Position numbers and translations under genes: made by a program. A stretch of DNA of 64,000 bases from contig JANJTW010000057.1 in assembly GCA_024710925.1 (NCBI GenBank), positions 4,888-68,887 of the forward strand, written 5' to 3'. The stretch is from Rhodocyclaceae bacterium (GTDB lineage Bacteria > Pseudomonadota > Gammaproteobacteria > Burkholderiales > Rhodocyclaceae). Below are positions 51,788-61,820 of this stretch, one piece after another. The notes below the pieces were generated by a model, which saw only the letters and a list, made by a program, of their open reading frames with translations, made no database searches and was not told the origin of the DNA. Numbering within the stretch: position 1 is the stretch's first letter; every line of letters begins with the position of its first letter.

Positions 51788-52848
51788 ACCGCCGCACCCG
51801 CCTTGCCGTCGCTGCGACGGCCGTCCTGCTGCTCGCCGCCTGCGCCCGCGAGGAGGCGAAACCGCTGCCGCTGCGGCCGGTGCTGACCGCCGTCGTCGGT
51901 GCCGCCGACGGGCGCGCGGTACAGACCTACGCTGGCGAGGTGCGCTCGCGGATCGAGCAGCCGCTGGCCTTCCGCATTCCCGGCAAGATCGCCGAGCGCC
52001 TGGTCGATGCCGGCGCCGTCGTCCGCCCCGGCCAGGCGCTGGCCCGCCTCGACCCGGTCGATGCCGGCCTCGCCGCCGAGGCCGCCGAGGCGCAGCGCCG
52101 CCTCGCCGACGCCGACCTGCGCCGCTACCGCGAGCTGCGCGAGAAGAATTTCGTCAGCCAGGCCGCCGTCGATACGCGCCAGACCGCCTTCGATGCCGCC
52201 GCCGCGCAGGCCGGGCTGGCCCGCAACCAATCGGCGTACACCGTGCTGCGCGCCGAGCAGCCGGGCGTCGTCGGCCAGGCGCTGGCCGAGGTCGGCCAGG
52301 TCGTCGCCGCCGGCCAGCCGGTGTTCCGTATCGCCCGCCTGGATACGCCGGAAGTGGCCATCGCCGTTCCCGAGGGGCGTCTCGCCGAAGTGCGCCGCGC
52401 CGCCGCCGTCGAGGTGACGCTGTGGGCCGCGCCGGATCGGCGCTATCGCGGCCGCCTGCGCGAGGTGGCGGCGGTCGCCGATCCGGCCAGCCGCACCTAC
52501 GCGGCGCGCGTCGCCATCGACGACGCCGACGCGCGCGTCGGCTTCGGCATGAGCGCGACGGTGCGCTTCCTCGCCGACGCCGCCGGCGAGTTTCTCGCCA
52601 TCCCGGCAGCGGCGCTGTTCCAGAAGGACGGTCGGCCGGCGGTCTGGCTGGTCGGCGCCGATGCCACGGTGTCGCTGCGTCCGGTCGAGGTCGCGCGCTA
52701 CGGCAGCGATGCCGTCGAGCTGGCGTCCGGCCTCGCCGCCGGCGAGCGCATCGTCGTTGCCGGCGTGCACAAGCTGGCGCCGGGCGAGAAGATCCGCATC
52801 GCCGAAGCCGCCGCGGAGCGTACGGATCGCGCGGGTCGCGCGCGATGA
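51784..52848 (+). CDS. RND efflux membrane fusion protein (periplasmic adaptor lipoprotein)
   Basis: Lipobox LLLAAC, coiled-coil hairpin and beta-barrel pattern. The ATGA start overlaps the tetR stop. Confidence 0.85.
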   Translation: MNRRTRLAVAATAVLLLAACAREEAKPLPLRPVLTAVVGAADGRAVQTYAGEVRSRIEQPLAFRIPGKIAERLVDAGAVVRPGQALARLDPVDAGLAAEAAEAQRRLADADLRRYRELREKNFVSQAAVDTRQTAFDAAAAQAGLARNQSAYTVLRAEQPGVVGQALAEVGQVVAAGQPVFRIARLDTPEVAIAVPEGRLAEVRRAAAVEVTLWAAPDRRYRGRLREVAAVADPASRTYAARVAIDDADARVGFGMSATVRFLADAAGEFLAIPAAALFQKDGRPAVWLVGADATVSLRPVEVARYGSDAVELASGLAAGERIVVAGVHKLAPGEKIRIAEAAAERTDRAGRAR

Positions 52849-55800
52849 GGCACCTCAACCTTTCCGAGTGGGCGCTGCGGCACCGCTCGATGGTGCTCTA
52901 CCTGATGATCGTTCTGATGGTCGCCGGCACGCTCAGCTACTTCAAGCTCGGCCGTGCCGAGGACCCGGACTTCACCTTCAAGGCGATGGTCGTGCGCACG
53001 CTGTGGCCGGGGGCGACGGCGCGCGAGGTCGAGCTGCAGGTCACCGAGCGGCTGGAGAAGAAGCTGCAGGAGACGCCGTGGGTCGACGTCATCCGCTCCA
53101 GCTCGCGCGCCGGCGAGTCGATGATCTTCGTGCTGCTCAAGGACTACACGCCGAAGAAGGAGGTGCCGAACGCCTGGTATGAGGTGCGGAAGAAGCTCGA
53201 CGACGTGCGCCACACGCTGCCCGCCGGCGTGCAGGGGCCGTTCGCCAACGACGAGTTCGGCGACACCTTCGTCAGCATCTTCGCGCTGACCGGCGACGGC
53301 TTCGACGACGCCGGCCTGCGCCGCCACGCCGACCGCATCGCGCGCGAGCTGCGCCAGGTGCCGGACGTGAAGAAGGTCGAGCTGGTCGGTGTCCAGGACG
53401 AGAAGATCTACGTCGAGATTTCGCACGCCCGGCTGGCGGCGCAGGGGCTGACCGTCGCCCGCATCGCCGAGGCGCTGGCGCGGCAGAACGCGATGGCGCC
53501 GGCCGGCTTCTTCGAGACGACGAGCGACCGCGTCCGCCTGCGCGTCGACGGCGACCTCGCTGGTGTCGACAGCGTGAAGGCGACGCCGGTCGTCGCCAAC
53601 GGCCGCGTCTACCGCCTCGGTGACCTCGCCGACGTGAAGCGCGGTTTCGTCGAACCGCCGGCGCCGCGCATGCGCGTGCAGGGGCGGGACGCCGTCGGTA
53701 TCGCCGTGGCGATGGCCAGGGGCGGCGACGTGATCCATCTCGGCGAGCGGCTGAAGGCGCAGATGCAGCGGCTGGAAGCCGACCTGCCGACCGGCCTCGA
53801 CGTGCATGTCGTTGCCGACCAGCCGGAAATCGTCAAGCAGTCGATCCGGCTCTTCGTCTTCTCGCTCGGCGAGGCGATCGCCATCGTGCTGGCCGTTTCC
53901 TTCCTCAGCCTCGGCCTGCGCACCGGCACCGTCGTCGCGCTGTCGATTCCGCTGGTGCTGGCGGTGACCTTCCTGCTGATGCTGGTCTTCGGCATCGACC
54001 TGCAGCGCATCTCGCTCGGTGCGCTGGTGATCGCGCTCGGCCTCCTCGTCGACGACGCGATCATCGCCGTCGAGATGATGGTGGTGAAGATGGAGCAGGG
54101 CTGGGACCGCTTCCGCGCGGCGACCTTCGCCTACACCTCGACCGCCTTCCCGATGCTCACCGGCACGCTGATCACCGCCGCCGGCTTCATGCCGGTCGGC
54201 TTCGCGCGCTCGGCGGCCGGGGAATACACCTTCTCGATCTTCGCCGTGGTGACCATCGCGCTGCTCGTTTCGTGGATCGTCGCCGTCGTCTTCACGCCCT
54301 ACCTCGGCTACAAGCTGCTCGACCCGCAGAAGCTTGCCGCAAAGGCGCAGCAGCACGGCGACGACATTTACGAGACGCCGTTCTACCGCCGCTTCCGGGC
54401 GCTCGTCGACGGGTGCGTGCGTCGCCGCTGGCTGGTCATCGCCGCCACCGCCGGCGCCTTCGCGCTGGCCATCGCCGCCTTCAACGGCGGCGTGCAGAAG
54501 CAGTTCTTCCCGGCTTCCAGTCGGCCGGAACTGCTGATCGACCTGTGGCTGCCGCAGGGCGCCTCGCTGAAGGCGAGCGACGAGGCGACGCGGCAGGTCG
54601 AGCGCCTGCTGCTCGATACGCCGGAGATGGCGCACTCGGTGCAGGCCGTCGCCGCCTACGTCGGCAACGGCAGCCCGCGCTTCTACCTGCCGCTCGACCA
54701 GAAGCTCTTTCACGACAACTTCGCGCAGCTGGTGATCACGACGCACGGCATCGAGGCGCGCGAGGATCTCAAGGCGCGGCTGGAGGCGGCCTTCGCCAGC
54801 GCGGACGGACGCTGGTCGGCGGTGCGCGCGCGCGTGCTGCGGCTGGAGAACGGGCCGCCGGTCGGCTACCCGATCCAGTTCCGTGTCTCCGGCGAGGACA
54901 TCGGTGCGCTGCACCGCGCCGCCGAGGACGTGGCGGCGGTGATGCGCGCCAATCCGAACACCGCCGACGTCAGCTTCGACTGGCACGAGATGGCGAAGAG
55001 CGTCCGCCTGGAAGTCGACCAGGAGCGGGCGCGCGCGCTCGGCGTCAGCACGCAGGATCTGTCGCAGGCGCTGCAGACGGTGCTCGTCGGCGCGCCGGCG
55101 ACGCAGCTGCGCGACGGCGACCAGTCGGTCGATGTGGTCATCCGGGCGACGCCGGCCGAGCGCGCCGACCTCGCCGCGCTGGCCGACATCAACGTGCCGG
55201 CGGCCGGCGGCCGTTACGTGCCGCTGGCGCAGGTGGCGAAGATCCGCTACGAACAGGAGGCCGGCCAGATCTGGCGGCGCAACCGTCTGCCGACGGTGAC
55301 GGTGATGGCCGACATCCGCGGCAACCTGCAGGCACCGGTGGTCTCGGCGCAGATCGATCCGGCGCTCGACGCCGTTCGGGCGACGCTGCCGCCCGGCTTC
55401 CGCATCGAACTCGGCGGCACCACCGAGGAATCGGCGAAGGGCGAAAGCTCGATCAAGGCGGTGATGCCGATCATGCTGGTTGCGGTCATTACGTTGCTGA
55501 TGATGCAGCTGCAGAGCATCGGACGCACGCTGATGGTGCTGCTGACGGCGCCGCTCGGGCTGATCGGCGTGGCGCTGGCGCTGCTCGTCTTCAAGGTGCC
55601 CTTCGGCTTCGTCGCCAACCTTGGCGTCATCGCGCTGTCCGGGATGATCATGCGCAACTCGGTGATCCTCGTCGACCAGATCGAGCAGGACGAGAAGGCC
55701 GGCAAACCGACCTGGGAGGCGATCGTCGGCTCGACCGTGCGCCGCTTCCGGCCGATCATGCTGACCGCGGCGGCGGCGATCCTGGCGATGATCCCGCTGA

Positions 55801-55949
55801 CGCGCAGCGTTTTCTGGGGGCCGATGGCGGTCGCCATCATGGGCGGCCTGATCGTCGCCACGGCGCTGACGCTGCTCTTCCTGCCGGCGCTCTACGCCGC
55901 CTGGTACCGGGTCACCCCCGAAACAAGGCGCCCGGCCCGCGAGGTATAA
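52845..55949 (+). CDS. RND efflux transporter permease (AcrB/HAE1-like)
   Basis: 1034 aa, 12-TM pattern. N-terminus NLSEWALRHRSMVLYLMIVLMVAG and conserved VDDAIIAVE. The ATGA start overlaps the MFP stop. Confidence 0.95.
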   Translation: MRHLNLSEWALRHRSMVLYLMIVLMVAGTLSYFKLGRAEDPDFTFKAMVVRTLWPGATAREVELQVTERLEKKLQETPWVDVIRSSSRAGESMIFVLLKDYTPKKEVPNAWYEVRKKLDDVRHTLPAGVQGPFANDEFGDTFVSIFALTGDGFDDAGLRRHADRIARELRQVPDVKKVELVGVQDEKIYVEISHARLAAQGLTVARIAEALARQNAMAPAGFFETTSDRVRLRVDGDLAGVDSVKATPVVANGRVYRLGDLADVKRGFVEPPAPRMRVQGRDAVGIAVAMARGGDVIHLGERLKAQMQRLEADLPTGLDVHVVADQPEIVKQSIRLFVFSLGEAIAIVLAVSFLSLGLRTGTVVALSIPLVLAVTFLLMLVFGIDLQRISLGALVIALGLLVDDAIIAVEMMVVKMEQGWDRFRAATFAYTSTAFPMLTGTLITAAGFMPVGFARSAAGEYTFSIFAVVTIALLVSWIVAVVFTPYLGYKLLDPQKLAAKAQQHGDDIYETPFYRRFRALVDGCVRRRWLVIAATAGAFALAIAAFNGGVQKQFFPASSRPELLIDLWLPQGASLKASDEATRQVERLLLDTPEMAHSVQAVAAYVGNGSPRFYLPLDQKLFHDNFAQLVITTHGIEAREDLKARLEAAFASADGRWSAVRARVLRLENGPPVGYPIQFRVSGEDIGALHRAAEDVAAVMRANPNTADVSFDWHEMAKSVRLEVDQERARALGVSTQDLSQALQTVLVGAPATQLRDGDQSVDVVIRATPAERADLAALADINVPAAGGRYVPLAQVAKIRYEQEAGQIWRRNRLPTVTVMADIRGNLQAPVVSAQIDPALDAVRATLPPGFRIELGGTTEESAKGESSIKAVMPIMLVAVITLLMMQLQSIGRTLMVLLTAPLGLIGVALALLVFKVPFGFVANLGVIALSGMIMRNSVILVDQIEQDEKAGKPTWEAIVGSTVRRFRPIMLTAAAAILAMIPLTRSVFWGPMAVAIMGGLIVATALTLLFLPALYAAWYRVTPETRRPAREV

Positions 55950-55969
55950 TCGCGCTTTCTTTGGACAGA

Positions 55970-55991
55970 CATATTAGCTTCGACTAATATG
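55970..55991. promoter_or_regulatory. Inverted repeat CATATTAG-N6-CTAATATG
   Basis: 8-bp perfect arms in the AT-rich 62-bp gap between the RND gene and pcm. No U-tract follows. Confidence 0.3.
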
Positions 55992-56011
55992 CATACGCGA
56001 CGGGGTAAGCG

Positions 56012-56683
56012 ATGAACATGGCGGTCAACATGGATTTCGAACAGGCACGCTTCAACATGATCGAGCAGCAGATCCGCCCGTGGGAGGTGCTGGATCCGGA
56101 AGTGCTCGGCCTGCTGTCGCAGGTGAAGCGCGAGGAATTCGTGCCGGAGGGCAGCAAGGCGCTGGCCTTCGCCGACGTCGAGCTGCCGCTGGCCAACGGG
56201 ACGACGATGCTCGAACCGAAGGTCGAGGCCCGCCTGCTGCAGGAAGCCGGCGTCAAGGCTTCCGACAAGGTGCTCGAGATCGGCACCGGCAGCGGCTACA
56301 TGGCGGCGCTGCTCGCGTCGCGCGCGGCGTCGGTAATCTCGGTCGAGATCGACGGCGCCCAGCTCGAAGTCGCCCGCCAGAACCTGGCCCGCGCCGGCAT
56401 CGCCAACGTCAACCTGGTCAAGGGCGACGGCGCCCGCGGCTGGGCGAACGGCGCGCCGTTCGACGTCATCGTCGTTTCCGCGTCGCTGCCGGTGCTGCCG
56501 GACGAAATGCTGCAGCAGCTGAAGGTCGGCGGCCGCCTGGTGGCGATCGTCGGCGAGGCGCCGGCGATGGAAGCGCAGTTGGTGACGCGCACCGGCGAGT
56601 CCACCTTCAACACCGTGAACCTGTTCGAAACCGTGACGGCGCCGCTGAAGAACGCCGTCCAGCGCGAGCAGTTCGTCTTCTGA
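56012..56683 (+). CDS. pcm: Protein-L-isoaspartate O-methyltransferase family protein
   Basis: The VLEIGTGSGYMAALLA SAM-binding motif and overall Pcm pattern. Confidence 0.85.
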   Translation: MNMAVNMDFEQARFNMIEQQIRPWEVLDPEVLGLLSQVKREEFVPEGSKALAFADVELPLANGTTMLEPKVEARLLQEAGVKASDKVLEIGTGSGYMAALLASRAASVISVEIDGAQLEVARQNLARAGIANVNLVKGDGARGWANGAPFDVIVVSASLPVLPDEMLQQLKVGGRLVAIVGEAPAMEAQLVTRTGESTFNTVNLFETVTAPLKNAVQREQFVF

Positions 56684-56698
56684 TTCCCGCGGAGGGCA

Positions 56699-57031
56699 AT
56701 GCGACAGATCTCGGCAAGCGAACTCGCGGAATGGCTGGCGGCCGCCGGCCGCCAGGAGCGCAGTCGGCCGGTGCTGCTCGACGTGCGCGAACCGTGGGAG
56801 ACGACGATCTGTCGCATCGACGGCGCGCTCGCGCTGCCGATGGCGGCGCTGCCGCCGCGTTTGCAGGAACTCGACCCTGACGCCGAGACGGTGGTCGTCT
56901 GCCACCACGGCGTCCGCTCCTTCCAGGTTGCGCTCTTCCTCGAGCGCAATGGATTCGCTTCCGTCTACAACCTCAGCGGTGGCGTCGCGGCCTGGGCCGA
57001 CGACGTCGATCCGTCGATGCCGCGTTACTGA
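56699..57031 (+). CDS. Rhodanese-domain sulfurtransferase
   Basis: Active-site loop VVVCHHGVRS. 110 aa, single domain. Confidence 0.85.
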   Translation: MRQISASELAEWLAAAGRQERSRPVLLDVREPWETTICRIDGALALPMAALPPRLQELDPDAETVVVCHHGVRSFQVALFLERNGFASVYNLSGGVAAWADDVDPSMPRY

Positions 57032-57044
57032 CCGGATTCCTGCC

Positions 57045-58385
57045 ATGCCCTCGATGAAGAAACTCGCCGCCCTCCTGTCCGCCGCCCTTCTCGCCGGTAG
57101 CGCCGGCGCCGCCGACCTGCTGCAGGTCTATCGGCTGGCGCTCGACAACGATCCGCAGTTCCTCGCCGCCCGCCACCTGGCCGACGCTGGCCGCGAAAAG
57201 GAGGCGCAGGGGCTGGCCGGCCTGCTGCCGACGCTCGGCGCCTCGGCGAACACGCAATGGAACGACCTCCGCCGCGACGTGAACGGCATGGCCGCGGCGA
57301 AGGCCGACTACAACAGCCACGGTTACACGGTGACGTTGTCGCAGCCGGTGTTCCGCTGGCAGAACGTGGTTGCCTGGCAACAGGGCAAGACGCAGGCGGT
57401 GCAGGCCGAGACGCAGTTCGCGCAGGCGCGGCAGGATGTCATCCTGCGCGTCGCCCAGGCCTATTTCGACGTGCTCTACGCCGAGGAGAACCTGCGCGCG
57501 CTGCAGGCGCAGAAGAAGGCGATCGCGCAGCAGCTGGAACAGGCGAAGAAGAATTTCGAGGTCGGAACGGCGACCATCGTCGACACGCACGAGGCGCAGT
57601 CGCGCTTCGATCTGGCGACGGCGCAGGAGATTGCCGCCGACAGCGACCTGGAGATCAAGCGGCGGGCGCTCGAAGTGATCGTCGGCCGCGATCCCGGTGC
57701 CCTCGCCCAGTTGCGCGAGAAGGCGGCGCTCGAGCGGCCGCAGCCGGAGGCGCTGGCGCCCTGGGTCGCTGCCGCCGAGAACGATGCCCTCACGGTGCAG
57801 CTGCAGCAGCTCGCCGTCGAGCTTGCCGCCCGGGAGGTCGAGCGCAACCGCGCCGGCCACTACCCGACGCTGGACGCCGTCGTCGCCCACGGCGACGCCG
57901 CGCAGAACGCCGCGCTGCCGACGCTCGGCACCAACCCGGGGCCGGGCTTCGAGACGCGCTCGACGACCGCCGCGTTGCAGCTGAACATTCCGCTCTATCA
58001 GGGCGGGCTGGTCAATTCGCGGACACGCGAGGCCGCCGCCAACCGCGAGGCGGCCCGTCAGCAGCTCGAAGCCGCGCGCCGCAACGCCGCGCAGGCCGCG
58101 CGTCAGGCCTGGCTCGGCGTCGCCAACGGTACCGCGCAGGTGGCGGCGCTGAAGGCGGCGCTGGTTTCCAGTCAGAGCTCGCTCGAATCGAACCGGCTCG
58201 GCTACGAGGTCGGCGTGCGCATCGGCATCGACGTGCTGAACGCCGAGCAGCAGCTCTACGCGACCCGCCGCGACCTGGCGCGCGCCTGGTACGACACGCT
58301 GCTCGCCCAGCTGCGCCTGAAGGCCGCCGTCGGCACGCTGGAGGAAGCCGACCTGGCGCGGGTCAACGCGTTGCTCGCGCAGTAA
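57045..58385 (+). CDS. tolC: TolC-family outer-membrane channel
   Basis: Signal peptide, DLLQVYRLALDNDPQF N-terminus and duplicated coiled-coil/barrel repeats. Confidence 0.85.
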   Translation: MPSMKKLAALLSAALLAGSAGAADLLQVYRLALDNDPQFLAARHLADAGREKEAQGLAGLLPTLGASANTQWNDLRRDVNGMAAAKADYNSHGYTVTLSQPVFRWQNVVAWQQGKTQAVQAETQFAQARQDVILRVAQAYFDVLYAEENLRALQAQKKAIAQQLEQAKKNFEVGTATIVDTHEAQSRFDLATAQEIAADSDLEIKRRALEVIVGRDPGALAQLREKAALERPQPEALAPWVAAAENDALTVQLQQLAVELAAREVERNRAGHYPTLDAVVAHGDAAQNAALPTLGTNPGPGFETRSTTAALQLNIPLYQGGLVNSRTREAAANREAARQQLEAARRNAAQAARQAWLGVANGTAQVAALKAALVSSQSSLESNRLGYEVGVRIGIDVLNAEQQLYATRRDLARAWYDTLLAQLRLKAAVGTLEEADLARVNALLAQ

Positions 58386-58394
58386 GCCGGTTCT

Positions 58395-59675
58395 TCATTT
58401 CGCGGATGCCGGTCGGCGTCCGCCGAGCCTATCCAGCCGCGCCATCGTCCGCGCCGTCGCGCCCTGATGGGCGCGGCTGAAGGCGAGCGCCTTTTCCCGC
58501 ATGTCCGCCCGCAGTTCCGGCCGGGCGAGAATCTCCGCCACCGCATCGGCCAGTTCGCCGGCATCGCCGATCCGCCGCGCCGCGCCGCAGGCCACCGCGT
58601 CGTCGGCCGCCTGCGCGAAGTTGAAGGTGTGCGGGCCGACGATCACCGGGCAGCCGCAGGCCGCCGCCTCGATCAGGTTCTGCCCGCCGAAGGGCAGCAA
58701 CGAGCCGCCGATCAGTGCAAGATCGGCGGCCGCGTAGTAGCTCGCCATCTCACCCATGCTGTCGCCCAGCCAGACCTGCGTGCCGGCGTCCGGGAATTCC
58801 TCCAGGCTGCGCCGTTTCAGCGTCAGGCCGCGACTTTCGACCAGCGCGGCGACTTCGGCGAAGCGCTGCGGGTGGCGCGGCACGAGGATCAGCAGCGCAT
58901 TCGGCACGGCGATCCGGGCAAAGGCGTCGAGAACCGGCGCTTCCTCGCCGTCGCGCGTCGATGCTGCCAGCCACACCGGCCGGCCGCCGATCTCGGCGCG
59001 CCAGTTGGCGCCGTGCGCGAGCTTCGCCGGGTCCGGGGTCACGTCGAACTTGAGGTTGCCGGTGACCTGCGGCGCGCGCGCGCCGACGCTCTGCAGTCGC
59101 GCGGCGTCGTTGGCGGTCTGCGCGGCGACCAGGTCGAGCGCGGCGAAGGCCGGCGCGACCAGCGCGCGCAGTCGCCGGTAGCCGCGCTGCGACTTGGCCG
59201 ACAGGCGGGCGTTCACCAGCGCCAGCGGAATGCCGCGCGCCTTCGCTGCGGCGATCACGTTCGGCCACAGCTCGGTTTCCATGAAGATGCCGACCTCCGG
59301 CCGGAAGCGGTCGAGGAAGCGCGCCGCGGCGTCCGGCAGGTCGTAGGGCAGGTAGGCCTGGACGACCCGGCCGGGGTGGCGGTCGACGTACATCTTCCCG
59401 GTGTCGCGTCCGGTCGGCGTCATGTGCGTCAGCAGCAATGTGTGCCGCGGGTGGGCGGCGAGCAAGGCCTCGACCAGCGGCTCGGCGGCGCGCGTCTCGC
59501 CGACCGACACCGCGTGCAGCCAGAGCAGCGGGCCGGACGGCTGTTGCGGATAGAAGCCGTAGCGCTCGCCGACGTGCTGCCGGTACTCGGGCTGCTTGCG
59601 GCCGCGCAGCAGCAGGCGCAGCCAGACCAGCGGCTGCGCCAGGTAGAAGGCGAGCGAATAGAGCAGGCGAGCCAT
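58395..59675 (-). CDS. waaA: 3-deoxy-D-manno-octulosonic acid (Kdo) transferase
   Basis: LLWLHAVSVGETRAAEPL and GGSLLPFGGQNLIEAAACG motifs. Confidence 0.9.
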   Translation of the reverse strand: MARLLYSLAFYLAQPLVWLRLLLRGRKQPEYRQHVGERYGFYPQQPSGPLLWLHAVSVGETRAAEPLVEALLAAHPRHTLLLTHMTPTGRDTGKMYVDRHPGRVVQAYLPYDLPDAAARFLDRFRPEVGIFMETELWPNVIAAAKARGIPLALVNARLSAKSQRGYRRLRALVAPAFAALDLVAAQTANDAARLQSVGARAPQVTGNLKFDVTPDPAKLAHGANWRAEIGGRPVWLAASTRDGEEAPVLDAFARIAVPNALLILVPRHPQRFAEVAALVESRGLTLKRRSLEEFPDAGTQVWLGDSMGEMASYYAAADLALIGGSLLPFGGQNLIEAAACGCPVIVGPHTFNFAQAADDAVACGAARRIGDAGELADAVAEILARPELRADMREKALAFSRAHQGATARTMARLDRLGGRRPASAK

Positions 59676-60631
59676 CAGCCGGCGAGCGCCTCGTCGGTGA
59701 CGGTCAGGACCTCGCCGACGGCGGGTGAGCGGCCGGTGCCACCGAGGTTGCGGGCGAAGCCGGCGCCGGCGACGCCGGTCAGCGCCGGCTCGGTGGCGGT
59801 GTAGAGGGCAACGGTCGGCACCTGCAGCGCGGCGGCGAGGTGGGCGAGGCCGGTGTCGACGCCGACGGCCAGCTGCGCCCGGCCGAGGACGCCGGCGAGT
59901 TCGCGGATGGAGAGCGGCGGTGCGGCGACGGCGCCTGGGATGGCGGCGGCGATGCGCGCCGCGCGCGCGCGTTCGGTCGCGTTGCCGGCTGGAAGAATCG
60001 GGGTCAGACCGCGTTTCACGAGTTCCTGTCCGAGCGCGATCCAGTCGGCCTCAGGCCACAGCTTGTCGTCGCGGCTGGTCGCGGTGAGCAGCACGGCGAG
60101 CGGGTTTTCCAGCAGCCAGGGGGCGGCGAAGGCCGGCGCGGCGATGCCGTAGTCGAGCGTCGGCGGCAGCGCATAGCCGAAGGCGGCGGCGGCCAGCCGG
60201 CGGTTGCGTTCGACCGCGTGCAGTTCGCGCGGCACGGCGAAGGTTTCGTCGTAGAAGCGGGCGGCGATCGGTTCGCGCGCCGAGTCGCGGTCGTGGCCGA
60301 GGCGGCGGCCGGCGGCCTGCGCCGCGATCAGCGCGCTCTTCAGCAGACCCTGCGTGTCGAGCACCGCGTCGTAGCCGCCGCCGGCGAGGCGGCGGCGCAG
60401 CGTGCCGATCTCGCGCCAGGTGGCGCCCGAGAAAAGCCGCTTGCGCCAGCGGCGGACGGCGACCGGGATCGTCTCGCGGACGACCGGGGAGAGGCGCGGG
60501 ATGTCGGCGAAGGACTCCTCGACGCACCAGTCGATCTCGATGCCGGGGAACTGCCGGGCGAGGTCGGCGGCGACCGGCAGGTTGTGGATGACGTCGCCGA
60601 GCGAGGAGGTTTTGACCAGCAGGATGCGCAT
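59675..60631 (-). CDS. waaC: Lipopolysaccharide heptosyltransferase I
   Basis: MRILLVKTSSLGDVIHNLP and VGVDTGLAHLAAAL motifs (GT9). Confidence 0.9.
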   Translation of the reverse strand: MRILLVKTSSLGDVIHNLPVAADLARQFPGIEIDWCVEESFADIPRLSPVVRETIPVAVRRWRKRLFSGATWREIGTLRRRLAGGGYDAVLDTQGLLKSALIAAQAAGRRLGHDRDSAREPIAARFYDETFAVPRELHAVERNRRLAAAAFGYALPPTLDYGIAAPAFAAPWLLENPLAVLLTATSRDDKLWPEADWIALGQELVKRGLTPILPAGNATERARAARIAAAIPGAVAAPPLSIRELAGVLGRAQLAVGVDTGLAHLAAALQVPTVALYTATEPALTGVAGAGFARNLGGTGRSPAVGEVLTVTDEALAG

Positions 60632-60776
60632 CGCAGGTAAAATGAGGCCCTTTGCCCCGGCAAAGGCCGCATTATAAGGGATCGCCCCGCATGCAGCGCC
60701 CCGCTTCCCCGTTGTCCTTCACCTTCCGTCTCGCCGTTCGCGGCGCGGCGGCGTCCGTTCGCGCGGAGCAACGACG

Positions 60777-61796
60777 GTGAAGGTGCTGGTCACCGGCGGC
60801 GCCGGCTACATCGGCTCGCACACCTGCGTCGAACTGCTGACGGCGGGCTGCGAGGTCGTCGTTTTCGACAACCTGTGCAACTCGCGGCAAGAGGCGTTGC
60901 GCCGCGTCGCCCGCATCGCCGGCCGCACGCCGGAGTTCGTGCGCGGCGACGTGCGCGACGGCGAGGCGCTCGCCCGGCTGTTCGCCGCATACCGTATCGA
61001 CGCGGTGATCCACTTCGCCGGACTGAAGGCGGTCGGCGAGTCGGTCGAACAGCCGCTCGCCTACTACGACAACAACGTGCATGGCAGCCTCGCGCTGCTG
61101 CGGGCGATGGACGCCGCCGGCGTGCGCACGCTGGTCTTCAGTTCGTCGGCGACGGTCTATGGCGACCCGGCGTCGGTGCCGATCCGCGAGGACTTCCCGC
61201 TGTCGGCGACCAATCCCTACGGCCGCAGCAAGCTGATGGTCGAGGACGTCCTGCGCGACCTGGCGCACGCCGATGCCAGCTGGCGACTGGCCATCCTGCG
61301 CTACTTCAACCCGGTCGGCGCGCATGAATCGGGGCTGATCGGCGAGGACCCGGCCGGCGTTCCCGACAACCTGCTGCCCTTCGTCGGGCAGGTGGCGGTC
61401 GGGCGTCTGCCGGAGCTGGCGGTGTTCGGCGGCGACTATCCGACGCCGGACGGCACCGGTGTGCGCGATTACATCCACGTCGTCGATCTCGCGCGCGGGC
61501 ACCTGAAGGCGCTCGCCGCGCTGCGCCAGCGGACCGGCGTGCTCACCGCCAACCTCGGCACCGGCCGCGGTTATTCGGTGCTGGAGATGGTCGCCGCCTT
61601 CGCCCGCGCCAGCGGCCGCGCGATCCCGTACCGCATCGCGCCGCGCCGGCCCGGCGACGTCGCCGCCTGCTACGCCGATCCGGCGTACGCGGCCGAGACG
61701 CTCGGCTGGCGGGCGGAATTCGACCTCGACCGCATGTGCGCCGACGCCTGGCGCTGGCAATCGCTGAACCCCGACGGCTACGGCGCCGCGGACTGA
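60777..61796 (+). CDS. galE: UDP-glucose 4-epimerase
   Basis: VLVTGGAGYIGSH, SSSATVYG and YGRSK motifs. GTG start. Confidence 0.92.
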   Translation: MKVLVTGGAGYIGSHTCVELLTAGCEVVVFDNLCNSRQEALRRVARIAGRTPEFVRGDVRDGEALARLFAAYRIDAVIHFAGLKAVGESVEQPLAYYDNNVHGSLALLRAMDAAGVRTLVFSSSATVYGDPASVPIREDFPLSATNPYGRSKLMVEDVLRDLAHADASWRLAILRYFNPVGAHESGLIGEDPAGVPDNLLPFVGQVAVGRLPELAVFGGDYPTPDGTGVRDYIHVVDLARGHLKALAALRQRTGVLTANLGTGRGYSVLEMVAAFARASGRAIPYRIAPRRPGDVAACYADPAYAAETLGWRAEFDLDRMCADAWRWQSLNPDGYGAAD

Positions 61797-61820
61797 ACGA
61801 GAAATAACAGGGAGCAGGGC

